64,000 bases of DNA from the human T2T-CHM13v2.0 reference genome, Homo sapiens: NCBI RefSeq assembly GCF_009914755.1, contig NC_060934.1; one strand, written 5' to 3'. A program made the position numbers and the translations under genes. Position 1 is the first letter of the stretch; each line of letters starts with the position of its first letter. The notes below the pieces were generated by a model that searched no databases, had not been told where the DNA came from, and saw nothing but the letters and a program-made list of their open reading frames with translations. Below are positions 29,157 to 42,431 of the stretch, piece by piece.

Positions 29157-31760
29157 TGGAGGCCATTGTTAAGCCTCCAGAACCTATGCCTTTAAAATGG
29201 TTAACAGATAAGCCAGCTTGGTTAGAAAAATGGCCTCTGAGTAAAGAAAAACTGGAGGCTTTAGAGGACTTAGTTACTGAACAATTAGAAAAAGGACACA
29301 TAGTTCCAACATTTTCCCCCTGGAATTCTCCAGTCCTTGTTATTAAGAAAAAATCACATAAATGGAGAATGTTGGCAGATCTTAGAGCCGTTAATTCAGT
29401 TATACAACCTACTGGGGCATTGCAGCCCAGGTTGCCTTCTCCTGCTATGATTCCAAAAAATTGGCCTTTAATAGTCATAGATTTAAAAGACTGTTTCATT
29501 ACTAACTCCTTAGCTGAGCAAGACTGTGAATGGTTTGCATTTATAATTCCTGCAGTAAACAACACGCAGCCTGCTAAGCATTTTCACTGGAAAGTGTTGC
29601 CACAAGGCATGTTAAACAGTCCAACAATTTGTCAGACTTATGTAGGACAAGCAATTGAACTTACTCATAAAAGATTTGTCACAGTGTTAAATTATTCATT
29701 ATATGGACAATACTCTTTGTGCTGCCCCCACTCGGGAAATATTACTCCAATGTTATGATCACTTGCAAAACCCGATTTCTCCTGCCAGTTTAATTGTAGC
29801 TCCTGACAAAATTCAGACTACTACTCCTTACTTCTACTTAGGGACCTTAGTAAATGACACTACCATTGTGCCACAGAAAGTAACCATACGTAGGCCTCAA
29901 TTGAAAACTTTGAGTGACTTTCAAAAATTACTAGGGGACATTAATTGGACACGACCTGCTCTAGGCATTCCTATCTATGCCATGAGTAATCTATTTTCTA
30001 TCCTTACAGGAAATCCTAGTCTCACTAGCCCTCAGCAATTAACAACAGAGACTGAGGCAGAGATACAGCTGATTGAGAAGCAAGTGCATAAGGCTCAAAT
30101 AAATAGAATAGATCCAGAAAAGACTTTAGACTTATTGATTTTTCCAACTCAGCATTCACCTACTGGTGGTGTTGTCCAAGAGCAGGACTTGGTAGAATGG
30201 CTTTTTCTTCCACATAGTAATTCATGGACTCTAACTCCTTATTTAGATCAAATTGCTACTCTGATAGGAAATGGGAGAACTCAAATTGTTAAATTGCATG
30301 GATATGACCCTGGAAAAATTATTGTCCCTCTTACAAAGGCACAAATACAACAGGCCTTTATAAATACTCTTAATTGGCAAACCCATTTAGCTGATTTCAT
30401 GGGTGTTCTTCATAATCACTTTCCGAAAACAAAGTTATTTCAATTTTTGAAATTAACTAATTGGATTCTCCCTAGAATAACTAAATTTAAACCAATTGAA
30501 TGTTCTGAAAATGTTTTTACAGGTAGGTCTAGTAATGGTAAAGCTTCTTATTCCAGATCAAAAAATAAAGTTTTCCAGACATCCTATACTTCAGCTCAAA
30601 AAGCGGAGCTTGTAGCTGTAATTGAGGTGCTGACTGCTTTTGAGATGCCTGTCAATGTAATTTCTGATTCTGCATACATGGCTCATTCCACACAATTAAT
30701 TGAAATGCTCAGTTATGATTTCATACAGATGAACAACTGATGACTTTATTTACCCAGTTACAAACTGCAGTTAGGAATATAATGCACCCTTTTTACATTA
30801 CTCATATTAGAGCTTATACACCCCTTCCAGGACCTTTAACTACAGGGAATCCAGTGGCTAACCACTTAGTTGCCACGGCATTATCTAATGCTAAACACTT
30901 TCACACTTTGACTCATGTAAATGCCTCTGGTCTTACACAAAGATATAATATTACTTGGAAAGAGGCTAAAGCCATTATTCAACAATGCCCAACCTGTCAA
31001 ATGATTCATTCTCTGTCCTTTACTGGGGGTGTTAACCCCTGTGGATTGCAACCAAACTGTCTTTGACAAATGGATGTCACTCATGTTCCTTCTTTTAGTA
31101 AATTGGCCTATGTGCATGTATGTGTAGGTAACAATTTCTCACTTTGTTTGGCCTATCTGTCAAATGGGAATCTTCTGCCTGTGTTAAATTGCATCTTCTG
31201 CAATGCTTCACAGTCATGGGTATTCCAGCTTTGGTTAAAATGGACAATGCCCCAGGATATACTAGTCAAACTATGGCTACATTTTTCTGTCAATGGAATA
31301 TTAAACATATCACTGGCATCCCGTATAATTCACAAGGACAAGCCATTGTGAAATGAATGAATATCTCCCTAAAATGACAATTGAATAAACAGAAAGAGGG
31401 AGACAATGACTACGGGACTCCACATATGCAATTGAATCTAGCATTATTGTCTTTAAATTTTTTGAGCCTGCCTAAAGGCCAGATGCAATCAGCAGCTGAA
31501 CAGCATCTACAGAAACCGGCTGCAGACAGAAGCAGAGCAACTGGTTTGGTGGAGAGATCCGATAACAGAAAGTTGGGAAATAGGTAAAAATAACATGGGT
31601 AGAGGTTATGCTTGTGTTTCTCCAGGCCAAAACCAGCAACTGATTTGGATACCATCAAGACACCTGAAATCTTGTCATGAGCCAGATACTGAGGAAGAGA
31701 TTTTGGGAAGAACCCAAGGACCCCCCAGTTGCAGCCATGTCAAGACTGACAATAAGGAAG
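29153..31760 (+). pseudogene. pol: HML-3 pol (RT-RNaseH-IN), disrupted
   Basis: [27 protein letters not shown] in place of YMDD; SAQKAEL; IN HHCC and [12 protein letters not shown]; frameshifts and stops. Confidence 0.93.
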
Positions 31761-33654
31761 ACATCAGTCCCAGCAAGCAACATTCATCGGGCACAGCCAC
31801 CCATGTGGGGCCAGATCAAGAAGTTGACACAGATGGCGGAAGAAAATCTGAAGAAAGCGGATGACCAGCTACAATGAGTAATCTAATGGTAGCTATGATG
31901 GCTGTGCTCACCATTGCCATGAGTATTCCCCCAGCACCTGCTGAAACAAAAAACATTATACTTATTGGGCATATATTCCTTTTCCACCAGTTTCATGGCC
32001 AGTGACATGGTTAGACCCCCCAGTGGAGGTATACACTAATGATAGCTTTTGGATACCTGGTTCTACAGATGATAGAGGCCCATCTCACCCCCAAAAGGAG
32101 GGAACAATTATGAATATTTCGTTGGGATTTGAGCATTTAACTACTTGCTTGGGAAAAGCCAACAGGTGCTTACCTCCCAGTCATCAATCTTGGCTGGCAA
32201 TAGTGCCTGAAGGTAACATCTCTGTGGCACAATTACATATGCTTTCTGACCTTAGTATTTATTACAATGATTATGCCCCTGTAACCAAAGTTTACCGCCC
32301 TCAAAAACCTATCTGTATAGTGGATTGGACATGTTCAGAAAAAAATGAAGATATTTACTTGGGAAGATTGTATTGCAGGGCAAGCAAAGGTGTTGTGTAA
32401 TGATTCATATGGAGTCACTATTGATTGGTCCCCTAAAGGGGCATTTATAAGGCTCACTTCTCAATCTGTAGGTAATGGTCACCCTGCATCTAAAGAAAAT
32501 GATCAGATGGTAGACACTATAAAAAATACAACAAAAGTTCCTATTATTTGGACATATGGTGATATGGTGGAACCTCGACCCCAAATGATACGACCTGCTG
32601 TAGGAGCTAAACATAAGGAATTGTGGAAAATATTAATGGCACTGAAAAAGATAAAAGATTTGGGAAGGGAAATATACTAAGCCATCCCAATATAATCCTA
32701 ATTACATGTTAGAATTGGCTCACAATGATTCAGTCTGGATACATAGTTGTGTCTGTCCTCCCTTTCTGCTTGTAGTGAGTGATTTAAAACTTGATCTCCC
32801 TAATCATCATGTGACTGTCAAGAATGTAGATTGTTTTCTTGTGTGAATTCTTCCTTGTATAATACTGATCATTCTATCTTAGTGGTAAGAGCCCGAGAAG
32901 GAGTATGGATACCTGTAAAGCTTTCCCGTCCTTGAGAAGCCTCTCCTTCTGTGCATATTATTACTGAAATTCTTCAAAAGATTTTGAGGCACTCTCAGGG
33001 TTTCATTGCTACTTTAATCATTATGGGATTGATTGCTGTCACAGCTACTGCCACGGTAGCTGGAGTTGCTTTACCAACACAGTACAAACAGCAGATTATG
33101 TAAATAATTGGCAGAAAAATTCTACTTTGCTGTGGAATTCCCAAACTAATATACACCAGAAATTAACCAATCAGATTAATGATCTCCGACAAACTATCGT
33201 ATGGTTGGGAGATCATGTAGTTAGTTTAAAATATAGAATGCAGTTAACAATGTGATTGAAATACTTCTGATTTTTGCATTACTCCTCACCTGTATAATGA
33301 AACAGAGCATGAGTGGGAAAGAGTTAAGAGACATTTAAAGGATCATACTGGAAATTTATCTTTGGATATTGCAAAACTGAAGGAACACATATTTCAAGCC
33401 TCTGAGGCACATCTGACATTAATGACAGGAACTAAAGTGCTTGAAGGAGCTGCAGATGGATTAGCAGCTATTCACCCATACAAGTGGATCAAGACACTTG
33501 GAGACTTTGTGATTTCAATGATGATTGTGCCTTTAATCTGTATTGTTTGTCTTTGTGTAGTCTGCAGATGTGGATCCCGAATCCTGCGAGAAGTAGCCCA
33601 CCATGACGAAGCTGCCTTTGCTTTTATCGCTTTGCAAAAACAGAAAAGGGGACA
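31737..33654 (+). pseudogene. env: HML-3 env with SU and TM both present, frameshifted
   Basis: WGQIKKL leader, YWAYIPFPP, PPVEVYTND, fusion-peptide-like [39 protein letters not shown]. Confidence 0.9.
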
Positions 33655-34148
33655 TGCTGGGAACAGGCCCTAAGCCTGTCATAAACAGGCCTTAAACTGA
33701 CCATGAACAGGATTTCTGCACGAATGTGACGTGCTCCTGATGGCTATGACGCCCACTGCTAGAAGTTGTTAGTTTACTGGAGCAGGGTAGGGAACACCTG
33801 GCCCACCCGGAGCGGAAAACTGCTCAAACCACAAACAACAGCATGAGTGGCCTGAGCCTTAACAACATGTTTTTGCTGCAGATAATCGGCCAGAGACTGT
33901 TTCTCTACTCCTCTCTAAGTATGCTTTGTTTTTCGTAAGGAATGCTTTTAGCTAATCTGTAACCTATAGAAACAATGCTTATCACTGGCTTGCTGTCAAT
34001 AAACATGTGGGTCAAACTCTGTTTGTGGCTCTCAGCTCTCAAGGCTGTTTTCCCCCTGATTCCCACTTTGCACTTTATTTCTGTGTGTTTGTCTTCATTC
34101 CTCTAGCACCACTGGGTTGGGGTCTCCTTGACCAAGCTGGTCTCGGCA
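33655..34148 (+). repeat. 3' LTR of provirus 1
   Basis: Follows PPT; tgctggg...gtctcggca. Confidence 0.92.
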
Positions 34149-34154
34149 CATATG

Positions 34155-34375
34155 CATGTATGCCCAGGTCCTGAAATCAGCCTTGTGGAGCCTGTGGGTA
34201 GGAAAAGTCAACCCTCTGTGCATGTAGGCCTGGAACCTGACCAATACTGTATTTTCCTACCACGTTTGGTTTCAAATGTGGAAACTGCCCATACGGACCT
34301 ACTGCATTTGTTTTTAAAAATCCTCTGTAAGTGGACCTGCACAGTTCAGGCCCAGATTGTTCCAGGATCAACCCT
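34155..34375. mobile_element. Right part of the split Tigger-type MITE
   Basis: aatactgtattttc...aagtggacctgcacagttcaggcccagattgttccaggatcaacc. Confidence 0.75.
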
Positions 34376-34444
34376 ACAGTAGAAATCAAGTATCTTTTTC
34401 ATTGTCTCTTGGGATCTGCCTTTTCACCAATAAAATATGAGGGC

Positions 34445-34957
34445 TGTTGGGAGCAGGCCCCCCCAAATCTGGCCATAAACTGTCCCCAAAACTGGCCATA
34501 AACAAAATCTCTGCAGCACTATAACATGTTCATAATGGCCATAACGCCCAAGTTGGAAGGTTGTGGATTTACAGGAATGAGGGCAAGGAACACCTGGCCT
34601 GCCCAGGGTGGAAAACCACTTAAAGGCATTCTTAAGCCACAAACAATAGCATGAGTGATCTGTGCCTTAAGAACATGCTCCTGCTGCAGTTAACTAGCCC
34701 AACATATTCCTTTAATTCAGTCCATCCCTTCGTTTCCCATAAGGGATACTTTTAGTTAATTTAATATCTATAGAAAGAATGCTAATGACTGGTTTGCTGT
34801 TAATAAATACGTGGGTAAATCTCTGTTTGGGGCTCTCAACTCTGAAGGCTGTGAGACCCCTGATTTCCCACTTGACACCTCTATATTTCTGTGTGTGTGT
34901 CTTTAATTCCTCTAGCACTGCTGGGTTAGGGTCTCCCTGACCGAGCTGGTCTCAGCA
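34445..34957 (+). repeat. 5' LTR of provirus 2 (MER9a-like)
   Basis: tgttgggagcaggcccc...gagctggtctcagca. Confidence 0.93.
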
Positions 34958-36389
34958 AGTGGAGTCCATTGTGGGGGCTCAAATCCAGGTTGAAGGGTCA
35001 CCGGAGCAACATTTGGAAAGGAAAACTAGCTGAAGGACATGTGAATACTCTTAAAGCAATCTCCTTGGTGAGTAAGAAGGGGCGCTCGGAAGCGTCAGGG
35101 TAACAATGGGACACGTTTGGGGTCTGGTTTGTTTCACCTTGGAACTTTTTCACACGGATGATGAGGAGGAAGGAGAGTTTAATGAAGTAACAGAAGAGAG
35201 TACAGAGCACATTTATTTACCAGCTAAAGCTAAAGCAGCAAAGGAGGGAGAGATTCATCCTTACCCTTCTGCACCCCCTCATGATTATTTTGAAGAAAAT
35301 GACTTTCAAGATCTTTCTTTTCCAGAGGACACTGGGCGAAAAGTAGTTGCCCCAGTGACTGTTTGAGCAGCACCTCAAGCGACTGCTCTTAGTTCTATTC
35401 ACGCAGGAATTCAGCAAGCTAGATGAGAGGGTGATTTAGAGGCTTGGCAGTTCCCTGTTAGAATACACCACCCCCAGATCAACAGGGAAATATTATAGCT
35501 ACATTTGAGCCTTTTCCTTTTAAATTACTCAAAGAATTTAAACAAGCTATAAATCAGTATGGACCAGGTTCTCCTTTTGTAATGGGACTGTTAAAGAATG
35601 TTGCTGTTTCCAGTTGGATGATTCCTACTGACTGGGATGCTCTTACTCGAGCTTGTCTAACTCCTGCTCAGTTCTTAAAATTTAAAACTTCGTGGGCAGA
35701 TGAAACTGCCATTCAGGCTGCTTGCAATGCCCAGGCCCAACCTCAAATTAGTATAACTGCAGACCAACTTTTGGGGGTTGGCAACTGGGCTAGTTTAGAT
35801 GTCCAAGGGGTCATGCAGGATGATGCCACAGAGCAGCTTAACAGAGTGTGCATTAAAGCTTGGGAAAAAAATCACTACAGGTGTAGAACAATACCCTTCC
35901 TTTAGTGCTATAAAACAGGGACCAGGAGAACTATACCTTGATTTTATAGCTCGGTTACAGGAGTCTTCTTAAAAAGATGATGCAGATTCGGCTGCTCAGA
36001 ATATAGTGTTGCAGTTATTATATTTCAACAATGCTAATCCCAATTGCCAGGCTGCTCTGCAACCTGTCAGAGGGAAAGCACATTTAGTTGATTATATCAA
36101 GGCCTGTGATGGTATCACAGGTAATCTGCATAAAGCTACTTTGTTGGCACAGGCAATGGCAGGACTGAGAGTGGACAAAGGAAATACTCCATTTCCTGGA
36201 GCTTGTTTTAACTATGGGAAGCATGGTCATACTAAAAAAGAATGTAGAAAAAATCAGCGAGCCAGGCTGCCAGATAGGGGAAAAAAGAAAACTGCTGAGT
36301 CTGAAATATGTCCAAAATGTAAAAAAGGAAAACATTGGGTTAATCATTGTCACTCTTAAGTTTGATAAAGTAGGAAACCCGATTTTGGG

Positions 36390-37590
<1,201 letters not shown>

Positions 37591-37591
37591 T

Positions 37592-40220
37592 TTGCTGGTG
37601 GCCATTGTTAAGCCTCCAGAACCTATACCTTTAAAATGGTTAACAGATAAGCCAATTTGGATAGAACAATGGCTGCTAAGTAAAGAGAAACTGGAGGCTT
37701 TAGAGAAATTAGTTACTGAACAATTAGAAAATGGGCACAGAGCTCCAACATTTTCCCATGGGAATTCACCAGGGTTTTTTGTTTGTTTGTTTGTTTGTTT
37801 GTTTCATAATTAAGAAAAAATCAGGTAAATGGAGAATGTTAACTGACTTAAGAGCCATCAATTCAGTTATACAACCTGTGGGAGCATTACAGACAGGATT
37901 GCCGCCTTCTGCTATAATTCCAAAAAATTGCCCTTTAATAGTCATAGATTTAAAAGACTGTTTCTTTACTATCCCTTTAGCTGAGCAAGACTGTGAATGG
38001 TTTGCATTTACAATTCCTGCAGTAAACAACCTGCAGCCTGCTAAGTGTTATCATTGCAAAGTGTTGCCACAGGGCATGCTAAACAGTCCCACAATTTGCC
38101 TGTGGGGCAAGCAATTGAACCTACTCGTAAAAAATTTTCACAGTGTTACGTTATTCACTATATGGATGGTATACTTTGTGCTGCCCCCACTGGAGAAATA
38201 TTACTTCAATGTTATGATCACTTGCAAAAATCGATTTCTTGCACTGGTTTAATTATAGCTCCTGACAAAATTCAGACTACTACTTCTTAATCCTACTTGG
38301 AGACCTTAGTAAATGACACTACCACTGTGTCACAGAAAGTAACCATTCATAGGGATCAACTAAAAACATTAAATGACTTTCAAAAATTACTAGGGGACAT
38401 TAATTGGATACGACCTGCTCTAGGCATTCCTACCCATGCCATGAGTAACCTGTTTTCTATCCTTAGAGGAAATCCTAGTCTCACTAGCCCTCGGCAATTA
38501 ATGATGGAGGCTGAGGCAGAGTTACAACTGATTGAGAAGCAAGTCCATAAAGCTCAAATAAATTGAATAGATCCAGAGAAGACTCTAGATTTGCTAATTT
38601 TTTCAACTCTGCATTCACCTACTGGTGTTATTGTCTGAGAACAGGACTTAGTAGAGTGGCTTTTTCTTCCACATACTAATTCATGGACTCTAACTTCTTA
38701 TTTAGATCAAATCACTACTATGATAGGGATTGGGAGAACTCAGATTGTTAAATTACATGAATATGATCCTGGAAAAATTATTGTCCCTCTCATGAAGGCA
38801 CAAATAAAGCAAGCTTTTATAAATAGTCTTACTTGGCAAACCCATTTAGCTGACTTTGTGGGTGTTCTCAATAATCATTTTCCTAAAATGAAGCTGTTTC
38901 AGTTTTTGAAATTAACTAATTGGATTCTCCCCAAAATAACTAAATTTAAACCAATTAAAAGTGCTGAGAATGTTTTTACAGAAGGGTCTAGTAATGGTAA
39001 AGCTTCTTATTTTGGATCAAAATGTAAAGTTTTTCAGACGCTCTATACTTCAGCTCAAAAAGCAGAGCTTGTAGCTGTAATTGAGGTATTGACTGCTTTT
39101 GATATGCCTATTAATGTGATTTCTGATTCTTCATACGTGGTTCATTCCACACAGTTAATTGAAAATTCTCAGTTACGATTTCATACAGAAGAAAAACTGA
39201 TGACTTTATTTACCCAATTGCAAACAGCAGTTAGAAGTAGAATGCACCGATTTTACATCACTCACATAAGGGCTCATACACATCTTCCAGGATCTTTGAC
39301 TGAAGGGAATCAAATGGCTGATCGCCTAGTTGCTACTGCAGTATCTAATGCTAGACACTTTCACAGTTTAACCCATGTTAATGCCTCTGGTCTCAAACAC
39401 AGATACAGCATTACCTGGAAAGAAGCTAAAGCTATTATCCAGCGATGCCCAACTTGCCAAGTGGTACATTCCTCATCTTTTACAGGAGGAGTTAATCCTA
39501 GAGGACTGGAACCTAACTCTTTTGGCAAATGGATGTCACACATGTTCCCTCGTTTGGGAGACTAGCTTATGTACATGTATGTGTGGACACCTTTTCTCAC
39601 TTTGGGCTATATGCCAATCAGGAGAGTCTTCTGCCTGTGTTAAATGTCACCTTTGCAGTGTTTTGCAGTGATGGGCATTCCAGCTTCCATTAAAACAGAT
39701 AATGCCGCAGGCTATACTAGCCAAACTCTAGCTACATTTTTCTCTATGTGGGATATTAAACACATTACTGGCATCCCATACAATTCTCAAGGACAAGCCA
39801 TAGTGGAAAGAATGAATCTCTCCCTAAAACAGCAGTCGCAAAAGCAGAAAGGGGGAAACAGAAAATATGGAACCCTACAGATGCAACTGAACCTAGGATT
39901 ATTAACTTTAAATTTTTTGAAGCTGTCCAAAGGCCAGATGTTATCAGCAGCTGAATAGCATCTACAGAAACCAGCTGCAAACACAGAAACAGAACAACTG
40001 ATTTGGTGGAGAGATCCAATAACAAAAAGTTGGGAAATAGGTAAAATAATAACTTGAGGTAGAGGTTATGCTTGTATTTCTCCAGGCCAAAATCAACAGC
40101 TGATTTGGATACCATCAAGACACTTGAAACCTTATCATGAGCCAGATCCCAAGGAAGAGATTCCAGGAGGATCCCGAGGACCCCCCCCCCCCCCCGCCAT
40201 TGCGGCCATGTCGAGGCTGA
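37592..40220 (+). pseudogene. pol: HML-3 pol, disrupted
   Basis: [25 protein letters not shown] in place of YMDD; 281-aa open stretch 38720-39565 covering RNaseH and IN HHCC. Confidence 0.92.
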
Positions 40221-41250
40221 TGCTAAGGAGGATCCCAACTGTCATGAGCAACACCTGTCGAGCACAGCCACCCACCTGGGGGCAGATCAAGAAGCTGTCA
40301 CAGATGGTGGAAGAAAACCTGAGGAAAGCGGGACAACCAGTAACAATGAGTAATTTAGTGGTAGCTGTGATAGTGATGATCACCACTGCCATGAGTATTC
40401 TTTCAATAAGGGCTGACAAAGAGAACAGTTATACTTACTGGGCATATTTATCAATCTTGGCTGGCAATATTGCCTGGATGCAATCACTCTGACACAGTTA
40501 CACACGCTTTCTGATCTCAATATTTACCATAATAAATCTGCTCCTATAAATGAGGCATACCACCTTCAAAAACCTATTTGTAAACAAAATGGAACCTCAC
40601 CAGAAATAATGAACATACTTGTTAAGGAAGATAGCATTGCAGAACAGGCAGAGGTGCTGCACAATGATTCCTATGGAATCATTATTGATTGGTCTCCTAA
40701 GAGGATGTTTAGCTTGAATTGCATCTCTGAGTCTGTGTGCCACTGCCACAGTATGCTCAGATGATAGAAATGATAAGAAGTATGGCAAAAGTTCCTATTA
40801 TCTGGAACCATGGTGGGATAGTGGCATCTCAACCTCAAATGATATGGCCCGCTCTAGAAGCTAAACATAGGGATGTGTGGAAACTATTAATAGCTCTTAA
40901 TAAGATCAAAACTTGGGAAAAAATAAAAAAGCATCCAGAAAGACACTCTACAAACTTGTCTTTGGATATTGCAAAATTAAAGACAAATATTTAAAGCATC
41001 CCAGGCACACCTGACCTTAATGACAGGAACTGGAGTGCTTGAAGGAGTTACAGACAAATTAGCAGCTAGTAACCCATTAAAATGGATAAAAACACTTGGA
41101 AGTGCTGTGATTTCAATGATGATTGTGCTTTTAATCTGTGTTGTTTGTCTTTGTATAGTCAGCAGATGTAGATCCTGACTCCTGCTAGAAGTAGCTCACC
41201 GTGACAAAGCTGCCCTTGCTTTTATCAATTTGCAACTCAGAGAAGGGGGA
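40208..41250 (+). pseudogene. env: HML-3 env with internal deletions
   Basis: [10 protein letters not shown] leader, YTYWAYL junction, LSLDIAKLK. Confidence 0.88.
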
Positions 41251-41252
41251 CA

Positions 41253-41765
41253 TGTTGGGAGCAGGCCCCCCAAAATCTGGCCATAAACTGGCCCCAAAAC
41301 TGGCCACAAACAAAATCTCTGCAGCATTGTAACATGTTCATAATGGCCTTTAGGCCCACACTGGAAGGTGGTGGGTTTACAGGAATGAGGGCAAGGAATA
41401 CCTGGCCCGCTGAGGGCAGAAAACCGCTTAAAGGCATTCTTAAGCCACTGACAGTAGCATGAGTGATCTGTGCCTTAAGGACATGCTCCTGCTGCAGTTA
41501 ACTAGCCCAACATATTCCTTTAATTTGGCCCATCCCTTCATTTCCCATAAGGGATACTTTTAGTTAATTTAATATCTATAGAAACAATGCTAATGACTGG
41601 TTTACTGTTAATAAATACATGGGTAATTCTCTGTTCAGGGCTCTCAGCTCTGAAGGCTGTGAGACCCCTGATTTCCCACTTGGCACCTCTATATTTCTGT
41701 GTGCCTGTCTTTAATTCCTCTAGTGCTGCTGGGTTAGGGTCTCCCTGACCGAGCTGGTCTTGGCA
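41253..41765 (+). repeat. 3' LTR of provirus 2
   Basis: tgttgggagcagg...ggtcttggca. Confidence 0.93.
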
Positions 41766-41838
41766 AGGGCTTAATTTATCCCTAAGTCCAATCTAGCTGT
41801 TTATTTATATCCTCATAAACTACTAAAACACCTGTTGT

Positions 41839-41953
41839 GGGTTGTGCATGGTGGTCGTGCCTGTAATCCCAGCACTTTGGGGGGCTGAGGTGGTGAGTTG
41901 AGATTGTGCCACTGCACTCCAGCCTGGGCAACAAGAGTGAACTCTGTTTCAAA

Positions 41954-41988
<35 letters not shown>
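41839..41988 (+). mobile_element. Internally deleted Alu with (TAAA)n tail
   Basis: Alu 5' end joined to Alu 3' end; TSD aaacacctgttgtg. Confidence 0.85.
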
Positions 41989-42068
41989 ACACCTGTTGTG
42001 AAGTCTTAGGGAAATGTGCCTGGCTCTGGCTTCTCCCTGCTTGGGTTGTTCCAATTATGCCAAGATAA

Positions 42069-42431
<363 letters not shown>

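Larger units (their letters stand above)
26070..34148 (+). mobile_element. HERV-K(HML-3) provirus 1, near full length (8079 bp), defective
   Basis: Paired LTRs, Lys-type PBS, gag-dUTPase/pro-pol-env homology, PPT agaaaagggga; degenerate TSD caaatc/catatg. Confidence 0.95.

Noticed and set aside
29703-30740. 345-aa pol ORF as a functional RT
   Set aside because: Starts inside the mutated YMDN motif, lacks the RT N-terminus and frameshifts in RNaseH
38720-39565. 281-aa pol ORF as a functional enzyme
   Set aside because: Fragment only; frameshifts before the integrase catalytic core
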